64,000 nucleotides of DNA from Phoronis australis (lineage: Eukaryota; Animalia; Phoronida): contig NMRA01000097.1 of assembly GCA_002633005.1 (NCBI GenBank), positions 508,686 through 572,685 on the forward strand, in the 5' to 3' direction. Shown piece after piece: positions 24,169 through 36,714 of the stretch (positions are counted from its first letter, which is position 1; every line of letters begins with the position of its first letter). The position numbers and the translations under genes are program-made. The notes below the pieces were generated by a model. The model was not told where the DNA came from. It searched no databases and saw only the letters and a program-made list of their open reading frames with translations.

Positions 24169-25377
24169 CTGTGGAAAATAACATCTCAATACGTTTCATG
24201 AAGTACTATAAATACACATCCACAAGTAGACAAGGCAAAATGATTTAAGCTATGAGTGCTGTATGATGGCATTGGTAAACGCCCCAACTTTCGTATGGTC
24301 TTCCAGTCTTCAGTGTGCGCCACCTTGTGTTTGCTATGGGAACAAGTAATTTGCTTTTCTGCCTATTTCACGTACTGTAGCAGCTACACTTAAGCACATT
24401 TTGGGAACTTACCTTGATGGCAAAAAGAGTGCAAGTTGAAGCACTATACATTGTATATATGAGTCAAAGCATTCTATTTGCAGCTACGGAAAAAAGTAAA
24501 GGTACCAGTCACATCTTAGCTCTTTTTTAGAGCGACATATTTAGGTTCTAGATATTGATTTTGAAATGTTGAGTATTGACCAATCACCTGCCTTTGTATT
24601 TTAGTTGAAACTAACTTTAAGAAAACGAAATTCGGTGTTATTATTGACCTTAGCTCAACAAAAAAATCGATATCGCACAATTGGCTATAACTCTATACCA
24701 ACGTACATGTATGCATGCAGTGTAATTTAAAATAAAGCTTTAAAAGATTACGTCGGGCTCCAGAATCATAAAATGCATAATGTTTCAGAAGAAACCAATT
24801 ACCTTGGCAGCGCAACAGTAATGCCGGTAGGATTAAAGGTTAAATATCAAAAATGTTTATTGCATGTACATTGAGGCGGTAGCCTCATAATACAGCTTAA
24901 ATTACAATTTACATTGATCTTAGCACAATTGTTTAGTTGACAAAGGTTATGGCTTTGAAAAAAAGTAACTAAAGTGGCATCATCTGTCATATGCGTCAGC
25001 AAATTTCTGCGCAAACCACCAAGGACATGTCAGTGACACAAAAATAAATATCATTTTCTATTTGAATAGGATTGGTTACTCCACAAATTTGCTCATCCTT
25101 GGTTACAACGTTGTGTAGAACTCTAATAATAATAAGAAAGACATTAATGTGTCAAATAACTACAAATTCATATGCAACTTCAAGGTACAGGATTAAATGT
25201 GCCTGTAAGCTAATATGATTTTAATGAAATTGAAGCTCCTGATTTTGAAATCTCGATCAACAATTTGCAAGTTTCACTCCTGGCGAAGACAAGACTCGTG
25301 AGATGGAATTGTTACAATAGAAAGTCTTGTAATAAGCTCTTATCTCATATTTCTCAGATTTTCATGATGATAACAAA

Positions 25378-26305
25378 TTTGATTCATCCAAACAATAAAG
25401 AAATGTCCCCTCAAGATACCCAAATTTTTGAGTAACACTTTCACCGTTCAACCCATTATTACCAGTACACAATCAAAACAAGAGTCTCCGCAACTTTCTT
25501 CCACAACTGACTAAATCTTATATTATTCCTCAAAACATAATTCACGTCTTCTCTCAACCACAAAAATTCAAATGTTACAAAATTATTCAGAAAAATGCTC
25601 AATACCAAACTGCAAAATATATGCATCTCAGCATCTCTAAATTTTTAACAATTTAATAGTATTGGAGATATGTGTCTTACTGTACCTATCATCCTGATTT
25701 TTGTTTCCCTTTGCTGTTTAATGAACATCATACAATCATATAGTGTTGCCTGTCTAGACATTTTTTAATTTTTGTTTTTATTTTTTTTTACTTTGTAATG
25801 TGGTTCTTCTTATAGTAAAATACAACAGCATAACGTAATCCTTGTTTTGATTCGTCCAAACGATAAAGAAATGTCCCCTCAAGATACGCAAATTTTTGAG
25901 AAACACGTTCACCGTTCAACCTATTATTACCAGTACAACACAATCAAAACAAGAGTCTCCGCAACTTTCTTCCACAACTGACTAAATCTTATATTATTCC
26001 TCAAAACATTATTCACGCCTTCTTTCACCAATGTTACAAAATTATTCAGAAAAATGCTCAATACCAAACTGCAAAATCTATGCATGCCAGCATCGCTAAA
26101 GTTTTAACAATTTAAAAGTATTAGAAATATGTGTCTTACAGTACCTATCATCCTGATTCTTGTTTCCCTGTGCTGGGTAATGAACTTCATACAATAATAT
26201 AGTGTTGCCTGCCTAGCCATTTTTTAATTTTTGTTTTTATTTTTTTTACTTTGTAATCTGGTTTTTATTACAGTAAAATATAACGGCATAACGTAATCCT
26301 TGTTT
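25378..26305. repeat. Direct tandem duplication (~465-bp unit x2)
   Basis: TTTGATTC(A/G)TCCAAAC(A/G)ATAAAGAAATGTCCCCTCAAGATAC occurs at 25378 and 25847, with colinear high similarity to ~26305. Confidence 0.9.
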
Positions 26306-27529
26306 TTTTCTTTTGTTGGGACAACCATGTTAAAGTTCAGATTATATCATTCGTAATCTGTACCTAATTTTAGTTTCTCCCATAATTGCATCGGTAGTTT
26401 ACATTATAGTCCCTAGGTATTTGTCCCTGTACTTGTACACATTTTACATAGATTTATAACCATTTTGTTGATACTCAACACAGGTTATGTTTCGCTCATT
26501 GTCGAAATGAATACATAGTTTATTTTCGACTAATTGCAAGTGTAGATATAGGTGTCTTTCACCCAACGGCTCCCTTGCCCTTTTGAAAATCCCATTGCCT
26601 TGTTTTGATATTTCTAAAGTAATCAATGACTATTACATATAGTCTTAGTAAACCTTAGATTAGTCTTTACTTTCGACTTACTCAAGTTCCACTGTTGTCA
26701 CTTTAAGTTGCACTTGGGAAGTATGAACGACTAGCCTAGATGTATAGCAATTATGAATAGGTAAATAAACTATCTATCTATCTATCGCTATAAGTATGCA
26801 TCTATCTACCAATCTCTCTTTACTCTCTAGTGCCTTGAGGGAAAAGTTTATATAACCTCACCAGGATACAATACATACACGTGCAATGATATCTGTCCCC
26901 GGGTAAACATGTATGAGAGAATTTGACTTTCAAAGTCTAAATTGAAGTTGACCGCTTTCACTGAAATGGTAACCGTGTGTCTGCCTTCGTATAAAAGTGA
27001 TGCCAAAATTTTTGAATGAAATTAGACCAATTGCCTGAAAACTGCAACTTCAAAAGTAACAATCAAATCACATCTAATTAGTACATAATTTCTGGGTAGG
27101 TAGTTACATCACCCTGTAATGCCGCAGGCATCACCCGCCAAAGAGTTACGTGTTTCAGTTAGTATGATTTGCCCATCCGGAAAATAAAACTAAAACCAAA
27201 TATAAAAAGAAAAAGACGAGATTTCTATGATTAGTAATACGTTATTTGGTTTCATTTCATTTTGATTGATGTGATACTCTATATTCACTAGTTTTATGGA
27301 AAGCCGAATAATAAAGCTACCTGATCAATATTTAAAAGATTTTGATTTTTTGAAAAATTGCGCATGCAGTTGAACCCACCATAATTGCAAATCAAACATT
27401 TGTTATTAAGTGTCTCACATGTTTTAAACGCATCAGTCCTTTGATTACTCTGACTTATATTGTCCGCCAGCATATCAATTTGTAAAGCTGTAAGTATAGT
27501 GGGTGTTTTGCTACTCATCTTAGTTACTT

Positions 27530-27645
27530 ACCATTATTAACACCTTCTTATTTGAAATGAGCTTCAAAAATGACTTAAATTAAATACTTATTAAGGTATT
27601 GCCCAGACAATACCACACTTGCAGTTCATTAATCGGTCTATCATT

Positions 27646-27712
<67 letters not shown>

Positions 27713-27900
27713 TATACCACTCAATCGTTTGAGTGGTCTATCCTATATATATATATATATATATATACGATGGACCATATAATGAATTTGAAAGTGTGGA
27801 ATTGTCTGGACAATAGCTATTTAAGAATTCAATTTAAGTCCTTTTTCGAAGCTCATTAATTGAGAAAAGCTCATTTCAAATGAGAAGGTGTTTATTGGTT
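27530..27900. repeat. Fold-back element: ~115-bp inverted arms around (TA)n/(TG)n microsatellites and an inner hairpin
   Basis: ACACCTTCTTATTTGAAATGAGCT ... AGCTCATTTCAAATGAGAAGGTGT. (TG)n at 27658-27711, inner ACCACTCAA..TTGAGTGGT. Confidence 0.8.
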
Positions 27901-29522
27901 TTCGGTTTAATGTAAGCTACATTAAACCTCGCGTATGTCTACATGTATATTCTATGACTATATCGCACTCTTTGCACTGTATACAAAACGCACCAAAATT
28001 ATTATACATTGCACGGACATCATTAAACTATCACATATTTAAGGTCAAATTACTTCTGAATCTTGCTGCGTATTTATCACATTCCTATTTAGTCTAGTAT
28101 CGGATACATCACGGTGTAAATTGTATGCGAACTATTCTCTCGGTCAACTTTTTAACTGACTTTTTGAACTGCTCTTCAACCCTGGGATTCACCACCATTA
28201 ATTTGTCGACAGAATAGAATCATGTAATGTTTACATATGTATGTTGTCAATGACGGTTACGATTTTATTAGATTTCATTTTCCAATCGGGTAATCTTCAG
28301 TAACATAGAATTTAGCATAATTAACAATTGAACCTTTGATTGGCCAGTTCCTCCAAGATTACAGTTATTCGCTTTTAAGCAGAACCATCTTGAAGTAAAC
28401 AGTTGTCAATGTGTACAACGAGAGGCTGGAGTCAGTAACATGCAACCAGTTGTTTGGCATTCCACAATAGTCTCATTCTACAAATTACATCTGTTGACAC
28501 ATGCACACAGTTTCTGGGTCCGTTTCGTAAGTGACTGAACGACAAAAATTCGGTCTAACGCGAACATTTCAAGATTGTATAAAGTTCTACTCAAGTAATA
28601 ATGATCATAACACACTCGAAAACTTATTTACAAAAAAATTTCTCAGCAACTAATAGTGACGTGTATTGTCCCATAAAATTTTGCTCAGGTGAGTTTCAAG
28701 TATTTTTTGGAAATACTTACGTGGAGCAAAAGGCCAGATTCCTTTCTCAAATCTTAAGTCACTTCATGAAACATAACGCCGGACTTCTCACTTGTACATA
28801 TTTGCTTTTGAAATAAACATAAAAAATGTTGACAGACGTGTGCCTGAGGGAAGAGTTCAATTGTCTTCACGATAAGCCAGAGCATAACACGTGAATTCTG
28901 CTCATTTACCCAAAATGTCGACATCATGCGGAGAAAGTGTACACAACCATTTGACGAATCAGACAGGTGGACTACGTGGACCCGAAGTATTAGGGGAATG
29001 GAGCTACAAGTAAACCCGCACTAGGAGTTGGAGATTTAGCTCTCGCAGCTGGGCATAGGAATGCTACACTCCGTCACACGAGCTTATTGAAATTTTCTGT
29101 TCCACGAGTGCGATACAAGAATCCACGGAGTGACACTCCATGAGTACGTGAGTCAAGATAGGTGGGTTCTTTATGACGAATTAAGTATATTCAGATGTGA
29201 TGATTTGCGTAGAGTCTGCAACCGTGTAAACTGTGAACCAGTGTAAAGCGTCGCGTTTGTTCGTCTTTACCTAGGCCACTTAAGTGGTCTAAGCCTTTAC
29301 TAACAATGGTTAAGTAGATGGTGGGACATGATTTGCCACTTAATAAATTGGACAACATAAATGTCACTTCAGACGAGTTAAAGGACTTCGTTTGTATGAC
29401 AAATACGAGAAAACGCGGATTTAGTCGGAACTCAGTGGAATAACATGCCAAAACAACGGATTAGTTGACAGGTACACCTACAAAGCCACTTGTACACGCA
29501 GATCTAGATGATATATTTATTA

Positions 29523-29722
29523 GCCCGGCGCACAATCATGGTGTGTTACCATAGCTATCGAAGGCGTGAGGAAAGCGTGAGGTAAGCTTGAGGGAAGCGT
29601 GAGGTAAGCCTGAGGAAGGCGTAGACAAAACCGGAGGTAAGCGTGAGAGCTACAAAGAGATTAGGCGTGAGAAGACCATGACTGATTTCTCTCACACCTG
29701 CGTTCCGGTTACGCGCCGGTCT
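29523..29722. repeat. Small MITE-like element with internal GCGTGAGGTAA repeats
   Basis: Imperfect TIR GCCCGGCGC.. / ..GCGCCGGTC and ~7 internal (GC)GTGAGGTAA-like units. Confidence 0.5.
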
Positions 29723-32568
29723 GGTCAGGCATGACGCAGACTGGACGAAGTCTAATAGCTCAGTGGCTGTACTGTACAAGCTTGATTATGTTGAGAAAGC
29801 ACAAGAATCCCCTACTGGGATTTCATCTTCCTTTAAGACTCACCCTTTTAAAGGACATTCCACTGCCTTGCACACCGTCTTCAAACAAAAGACTGACATC
29901 TGTGTATGCCTTTCCACTGAGAGCACAATTGACAGAGTCAGATGCTACCATCCGTGCATCAAACAAGGTCTCTGCACATCCAAAACCAGTTTCCCTGTGC
30001 CCACATTGGATTCGCACCGACTGATGTACATGTAGATGTCAGCAAGTCATACGTATATTTCGATGTTAATTTGTATTCAATGTGTTTGTTACTGCAGATG
30101 ATGATTTACAGCTTTCATATATCGTCACGTGACTTTGTCTTAGAAACAGTGTTTCTTTTTATAATAGATGAGAAACATTCTGTCATTTATTGAACTTAAG
30201 TTGTATCTTTGGCTGGACTGCAACATTAAACATAATGCCACAGACTGATTTCATTCATGCAATCAACATCAAAGTCCTGAATTTGGATAAAAAATATCGA
30301 TTTTTCATGCCCCACACGGTATTTCTGATCCATACGCTGAGGGCTTTGTACCTGCGCCATGTATAAGATAGCGTTTATCATTCTCTTGTATTTCTAATGT
30401 AATGCCTGACCCACAAAACACTCGTGTAAGTCCAGACACTTAGTTCTTTCACTTGTATGAAATCGCCGGTGACATAATGCAAAACAACGTAAAATCGGTA
30501 ATGGCGGCAGTAACTTGAAAAAAAGACATTTTTTCGGCGTCTTAACATCATTTTTCCATTTTCCGACATATTTATTTGCCTTCATAAAAATCAATTAGAT
30601 TTTGAAGTCCGGGGGTTGCACGGGGGGTCGTTTTTCGTGTAGACTAAAGAGGAATCGTGTGTTACTATCCGATTCCTTTTTCTGAATCGTCGTACGGTTC
30701 ACATTCAATGATTTTGGAAGGAATACTCTTGAGGAAGAGGCCCAGTTGTCATAGAGCACTTAGTAGGTTGTTTGCTCTAATAGTCTCCTCCATTTCTAAG
30801 AACTCACGCATTCCTCCTATTGCCGTGGTGGCAACCAGCCCAGACCGATCCCAAATACACGTGGCTTCGGGCTCGCCATGTCTTATCTAGGATCTCATCG
30901 GCCACGTTTAGGGTCTAAGATGCCGAGAATAAAGCCAAATGGCCGGTCATTATCGTCAAATCAACGACAACAGTACTTTGATTAAACTGTCCATGACGTA
31001 TGGTCATGAGCGCCTGCATACTCGACAACAATGCTGCCGCCAGCTTAGCAGTGCGCTGCTATCTCAACCTGTGCTTAGGCACTGCGTTAAGATGTAAAAA
31101 TGGGGTTGACTGCGCTTACGTGCACCTACTCCACACTATAGCGTAAATTACGGTGCGCACGAGCTACGTTCTACTGCCGGTCCCATTTTTCTGATGTGTA
31201 GATCCTGTTTTGCGGCAAGTCTGTCAGATTGGGATGACCGGCGGTCACGTTGTTTCTCACCCGTGACTTAATCCGGTTTTGGCATATTTTCATGTTAAAA
31301 CATGCATTAAACACGACATCTTCTTACAATTCTCTGAAACAAGATGAAGGTCTTTAACCTCGACAATCCTCATTGGTTTACCGGAAGATTTGAAAAATTC
31401 CCTTGTAGTAAAGACATAGATGTGTCTGGTAGGTGGGTGTGGTGTGGTTTCAGTAGAGGTGCCTGTATAATGTATAGCAACCACAACTCCGGCTCTATCG
31501 TAAACCAGGGTGTGGCTGGCTTTCGAGCTCTGCAGGAGCGCCGCCACAACACCACGTTCCTTACAATATCTTTTTTATCACTCCGGCTGGTCTGCTCACT
31601 CAGATTGTCCGGAACCCTGCTTTGCAGGTTGTTATTGCCCAGTTGGCTGTTTGGTGTACCCACTTGGTACTTTATATGATATTTGCCCATTTGGCAGTGT
31701 GTACCCACTTGGTATTTGTTATTGAATTTGCCGTTTTGCTCGACCCAGTTGGTAGGCAATTGGCCAATACCCATTTGGTATTATGTACCCATTTTGTACT
31801 ACGCTAACCTGTGCCACATAGCATCCGATACTCAATTACACTTTGGGTATCGGAAATGTGTGTGTTATCTCTTGTAATTAAGGAACCCATCTTGTTCCTT
31901 CTGTGAAATATTTATTTGTAGAGCTGTGACCCTGAAATTCCCAATACAACTTAAAATATGCATTATTCTTGTTGTTTTATTTGTCCCCAACAAAATAATC
32001 GACAGCGGACGTCAACTTTACTAAAACTAAAATAGGGACAATTTGTACTGAAAACGTTAACAAAATGTGGTAAAATATATTTTGACAAATGATTTTGCCG
32101 GGCTCGGAAGTATATATTTGTTTTTGTGAAATTTGAAAATATATTGTCCCTGATAATTGAAAATCAAAGCCAATTTAGCAAGTGATATTTTCCCTTCGAA
32201 AATTCACGGCTATTACAGGCCGACTTCTGTGTCCTGACAAAAAAATCAAGGACAGATGTGGGGCTCACTGTCAATTTTGAAATAAAACTTGTTTTTGTTT
32301 GTCGAAACATCGCCAAATGTGGCTGTTTTTTTTTTCTATTTTACATTTTAAACAGCCAGTTAAGCCGGTGCCGTTCTGCTACCAATTACGCATTGTGCTC
32401 ACAGGTCAGGGTAGCCACCTTGACATGGCAATCGCTCACTTCAGGCTGGTAATTTGCATAAATTTCAAAATATGACGATCAAGATAAGGCATCTGTTGAT
32501 TATGAAACTTTTCACCTCTAATTTATTACCTAAACGGGTACTGCTGCTGAAATTTGACCTACCCTGGC

Positions 32569-32726
32569 CAGGGGCGGATCCAGGATTTTGAGTTAAGGGG
32601 GGCCAGGCCAGTGTATTAGCCAGGATTTTGCCGGTCAGACATTCGCCCTCCCGAATTGCCAATTGGAATCTGGGAGAATTTTAGGGGGGGCCATAGCCCC
32701 CTTGGCCCCCTCTAAATCCGCCACTG
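32569..32726. mobile_element. Second copy of the CAGGGGCGGATC...ATCCGCCACTG MITE
   Basis: TIR CAG(G/T)GGCGGAT. Reverse-complement homology to 13363-13521, and a related fragment at ~3820-3975. Confidence 0.75.
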
Positions 32727-33533
32727 CTGGAGATGAGTCAGGTCTGACGTCAGTAAACGAGCGTTGGCTACGACAGACTGCGGCGGAGAACTTCACAAAC
32801 TTATGATTATGCATTAAATGTCATTCTTCATATGCAGAGAACAGGTAAAATTTGGACAAAAATAATCTACTTTGTATAAAAAGAACCAACAAGGGAAACA
32901 AAGTAACAACGCATTTACCCTCACGGTGATGTCAATAGGTTTTCAATGACAACGTGACTGTCATACAGGAATCGTTCCTGAACTGACACACAGGAACTCA
33001 GGTCACGATAATAGACTGGAATTGTCGATGATTTCCGATCCCTGCCGATGTACAAAACTGTGCTAAAAGGGCTTTTAGTTTGATAACAGAAATGATATGA
33101 ACGTGATGCCATGTTGCAGATAACTTTATTTGGTATATATTTCTAAGTTTTTGAACTAGATTGGCCTTTGAGATCAAGGATTTACCTGTAGTGTAACTGC
33201 ACGGCAATTGGAGGAAAAACACCCACTGTGAACGATAAGATCAATTCCGTGACATGTGGAGTAGGAGTATTCAGATAGTCCCTGATTTTATCATCAGGAC
33301 GGGATTGGGAGTCGGGTTTAAAAACTTGACAGAGGAAGAGCAGGACATTGTGTCTTTCAGCAGTTGATTTTTCCAGTGATCTGCGCTAAGCATTGACAAT
33401 TTAGAACTGGTTGTTGTAAACTTAGAGAAATTGCAATGCAAAGCAGTAAACGCTGTTATCCATTTCGATCTATTTTCAACAAGGACACACCGCGTCACAA
33501 GGTTACGGTGCAATAAGGGCAACTGCCACTCAC

Positions 33534-33689
33534 CGAAAGATCGTCTCAGATCATTTTCTTCTACAGTCATGGACACACCATTGCCACTCCAGCCCGTCTT
33601 TGCGTCTGTCACAGTGATGCCGCTGCATTCCCCCACATGAAATTTTACTATGACGTCGCCAGATGTTCGTAAATTACAAATTCCACCAA
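33534..33689 (-). CDS. Exon 5: C-terminal part of CTHRC1-C-like domain 1
   Basis: VGGICNLRTSGDVIVKFHVGECSGITVTDAKTGWSGNGVSMTVEE resembles CTHRC1 VEGLC..VGTC..GDASTGW..IIEE. 156 bp, phase 1-1, acceptor ttttcag|, donor |gtgagt. Confidence 0.88.
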
Positions 33690-33820
33690 CTGAAAAGTAG
33701 GTACTATATTGGACAAGGATGAATGGGTGGCCACTTTTGTCTTACCAGTCACATTTCTCTGCAGGAGCCGAGAACAATCACTTCAATACCCACTATCACT
33801 GTTGCCAACATAAGACTCAC

Positions 33821-34019
33821 CTTGGGCGGGGCGATAATCGTCTCTTCTTTTGAATTTGAACCACGCTATCTCAATTTTCCCAGGTGAGGAGCATTCTTCA
33901 TTATTGAAAGTAAAGTACCAGCGATTACAACACTGGGTGCAATTGTACGCGCTGCTAACAGTACCCCAGAAACGCACCCTCAGTGAAGTGAAAGAATATT
34001 GCTTCTTGAAAGTTGTTGC
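33821..34019 (-). CDS. Exon 4: core of CTHRC1-C-like domain 1
   Basis: ATTFKKQYSFTSLRVRFWGTVSSAYNCTQCCNRWYFTFNNEECSSPGKIE matches the CTHRC1 motif CCQRWYFTFNGAECSGP. Acceptor tttcag|, donor AAG|gtgagt, phase 0 to 1. Confidence 0.9.
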
Positions 34020-35705
34020 CTGAAAAATAGAGCCAGTAGGTGTCCTAAAATGGTCCAATAACGGTGCGCTCAGTCAGTCTAGTTTAGTAAAACGACGGGA
34101 ATAGTCGACTATACTTTGACAAAGAGTGCCGCTACAAAATTAGTTTGCTCACCCCCGTAGAAAACAACCACTTGTCGGAAGCTTCCGTGTCATGGATGAT
34201 AGGTTTTTTCTCCTCGAAAGATCGCTCTTCTGATTTGTCTATGCAGAATATGGGCATAATTTCGGAGCACAAAACCGATAAAATACCACATATTTTAGAC
34301 AAAATCTGTTTGCACGGATAGTCAAAACTCTGAAGGAGTTGTTCCATACTCTTTGCGAAAATGTCAACTACTTATCGCCAAGTTAAGTCATGATATGCAA
34401 ATTAGCATTTAGGCAAAATAACACCACATTACAGTGCCAAAAGTACTACAAAAAAACGCTATTTTTGCGCAAATTATAGGCTAACTGAACGGCCAAACAA
34501 TTCTGACAAGAAGAGTATCCTGTTGTAAAGTTCTGAAACTACAGGTACAACTGTATCTTTAAAAATCTTCACGAAATTTGTGTAGTTGGACTTTTACCAC
34601 AGTTGCATTCTTTTGTGAGGAAACTACTGTAGGCATCAGTGCATATATGCCACCCTGCTGTCCAGCACGTCCAGGACCTCTTCCACCGAAGTACCAACCC
34701 CTGACTTCACTGGATAGCAGTTACGTCAAACGCTTTACAATTTTGCAACGGCAATGGAGAACACGCTGCCAGGACGACATTACAATGGTTCCCGTACTGC
34801 TAATAAACACTTTTGAATATTAACCTGTCCAACCCCTTTCATTGGCAGCCAGATTTCGCAGTTTTAGTAAGGTGTGTGCCGATTGGTCTCCAGCTCTCGA
34901 TACAAGATCACGTGATACACTAGCATGTCCTTTCGCCATGCCTTCGCTTGCAAGTAGCCTAGCCCGTTTTTACATTGTACACATTCAAAATAAATACCTA
35001 TAATCCCGTGATGGATTATATTTTGGCTTACATGGTTGATTGTGCAATTGAGTTTTATACTTGATGATCCATGAATTGAAGACATATTGTTCAGTATGAA
35101 TTAGAAATCTCAAACTTCTCGCTCCTGACTTTCGCTGGAATCTACGGATCGACATCTTGTACTAGTCACTCATTACGCTCGAGTACAAAATAATGTATGC
35201 CACATATTTTGAATGGAAAACTTTCGATTTCAAGCGAAAGTGATAAAGTCAGTTGGGCCCAGAAAATCCGTTTTCAAAGTAAATTATTACACTAAGCATG
35301 GAATAGATTGTTGTACAAAGACGAGTGGGCTAACCCACCATAAAAGAGATCGAGGTGCATGTCAAAATGTGTCAACTTGAAGATAAAACCAACCGAACTC
35401 TTGATTGGTCCCCGAGATAAATTTTTGACTTGAAAGCGGCATTTTACCATTGCTTCCAGTCACAAAACAAGGTTTGGATTAGAGCAGATGCCGGTAGAAA
35501 GTGGTTTATCGGATACCTTAGAATTGCCTTCAATGTTCGGAAATTTCCGAGTGTCCGTTATGTTTTATGTGTTAAGCAATATCTTTCGCGTTCCTGCCAT
35601 CAACTCAAATTTGACAAAGAAAAAATAGAGACCAATGTCATGAAGATCAGTGCCTTAAATACAAACTTGTTTTTTACGGAGAGAACGAATTTAACACCGC
35701 TTTAA

Positions 35706-36564
35706 AGGAGAATACAAACCAAAGTGGAGTTAGTAGTTCCACTCGATAACAGCAAGTTCAGTTCTTTTACAATGTACACTGTACATTACACCTGACGACA
35801 GTCGGAGGTGAGGAAATTAACGAACGACATAACAGTTTCGAACGCAGTCAGCAAGCACGGGATTAGCATGCGCTCAGAAAGCTTTAGGTCGTTCAATTAG
35901 CTTGGTTGAATCTGAAGCCGGTAACGCAGTGATTAATTCATTACTGGCTTCTCAAAAAATTTGCACTCACTTCACAGACATCGCAAAAAGTACAGGTATC
36001 TAATCTGACCTTTTATTTCAGTTTTCTGTGAGCATTGGTTGGGTGAGAATAATTCATTTTTAAACAAAACACACAATAATAAACGTCAACGTGGCAATTT
36101 GCAATCCCGACTTAGATGAGTGCTCATCAGTCTCTTTTTCTTCTCTGGCATGAGCTGTTTGCTAAGCCGGCATTCGCCAGTGAAATCATTGTGGACGAAA
36201 TGCCGGCCACAGACACGGAGATGTTTAACTCCATCATACTTGGTATTTACCGCGTACTTTTCATTCGAGCTTCACTGCCGCGAGCCAACTCTGAAGTATT
36301 TCGCCGGGGCTTACAAAGAAATCGAAAAAAACATACACCGGATTTGTTCGCAGCTTCTTAGTTCGCAAAAGCGGGAACGATACAGCACACCTCATCGGCA
36401 CACACTTTGTAGAATAACCACTGATGTCGCTGCGTCGTTTACTCACCTCTTTCACATGTAAATGCGAGACCTCTCGGCGATGTAAGATCGACCGTATTGG
36501 AGGTGATGTGGATATAGACCGATTAAGGCGTTAAAATACCAATTGAATCGGGTCTCATTCTCCT
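35706..36564. mobile_element. Second Kolobok-type non-autonomous family (short TIR)
   Basis: TTAA|AGGAGAAT ... ATTCTCCT|TTAA: TTAA target site and RR termini. It ends ~55 bp from the exon 3 donor. Confidence 0.65.
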
Positions 36565-36619
36565 TTAAGAAGAGTGGCGATGATTAACGCCATGTCTTGG
36601 CAAACATCCAGAGACTTAC

Positions 36620-36714
36620 CAATAAAGTTGCGCTGTCTCTACTGGAATTGTAGTTCTTGTAGTAGTAATGTCTGATGTTAGCGACCGGGACTTCGTCACA
36701 TTCTTTATAGGGCG
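36620..36714 (-). CDS. Exon 3: N-terminal part of CTHRC1-C-like domain 1 (PYKECDEVPVANIRHYYYKNYNSSRDSATLL)
   Basis: Acceptor cccttacacag|, donor TTG|gtaagt, phase 1 to 0. Resembles the NxxQxxWxxLNxxxDxG segment preceding the CTHRC1 C-terminal domain core. Confidence 0.75.

Noticed and set aside
29570-31800. CRISPR-like arrays (short repeats at 29570-29670 and 31640-31800)
   Set aside because: The repeats are short and degenerate with no regular unique spacers, there are no cas genes, and the context is eukaryotic.
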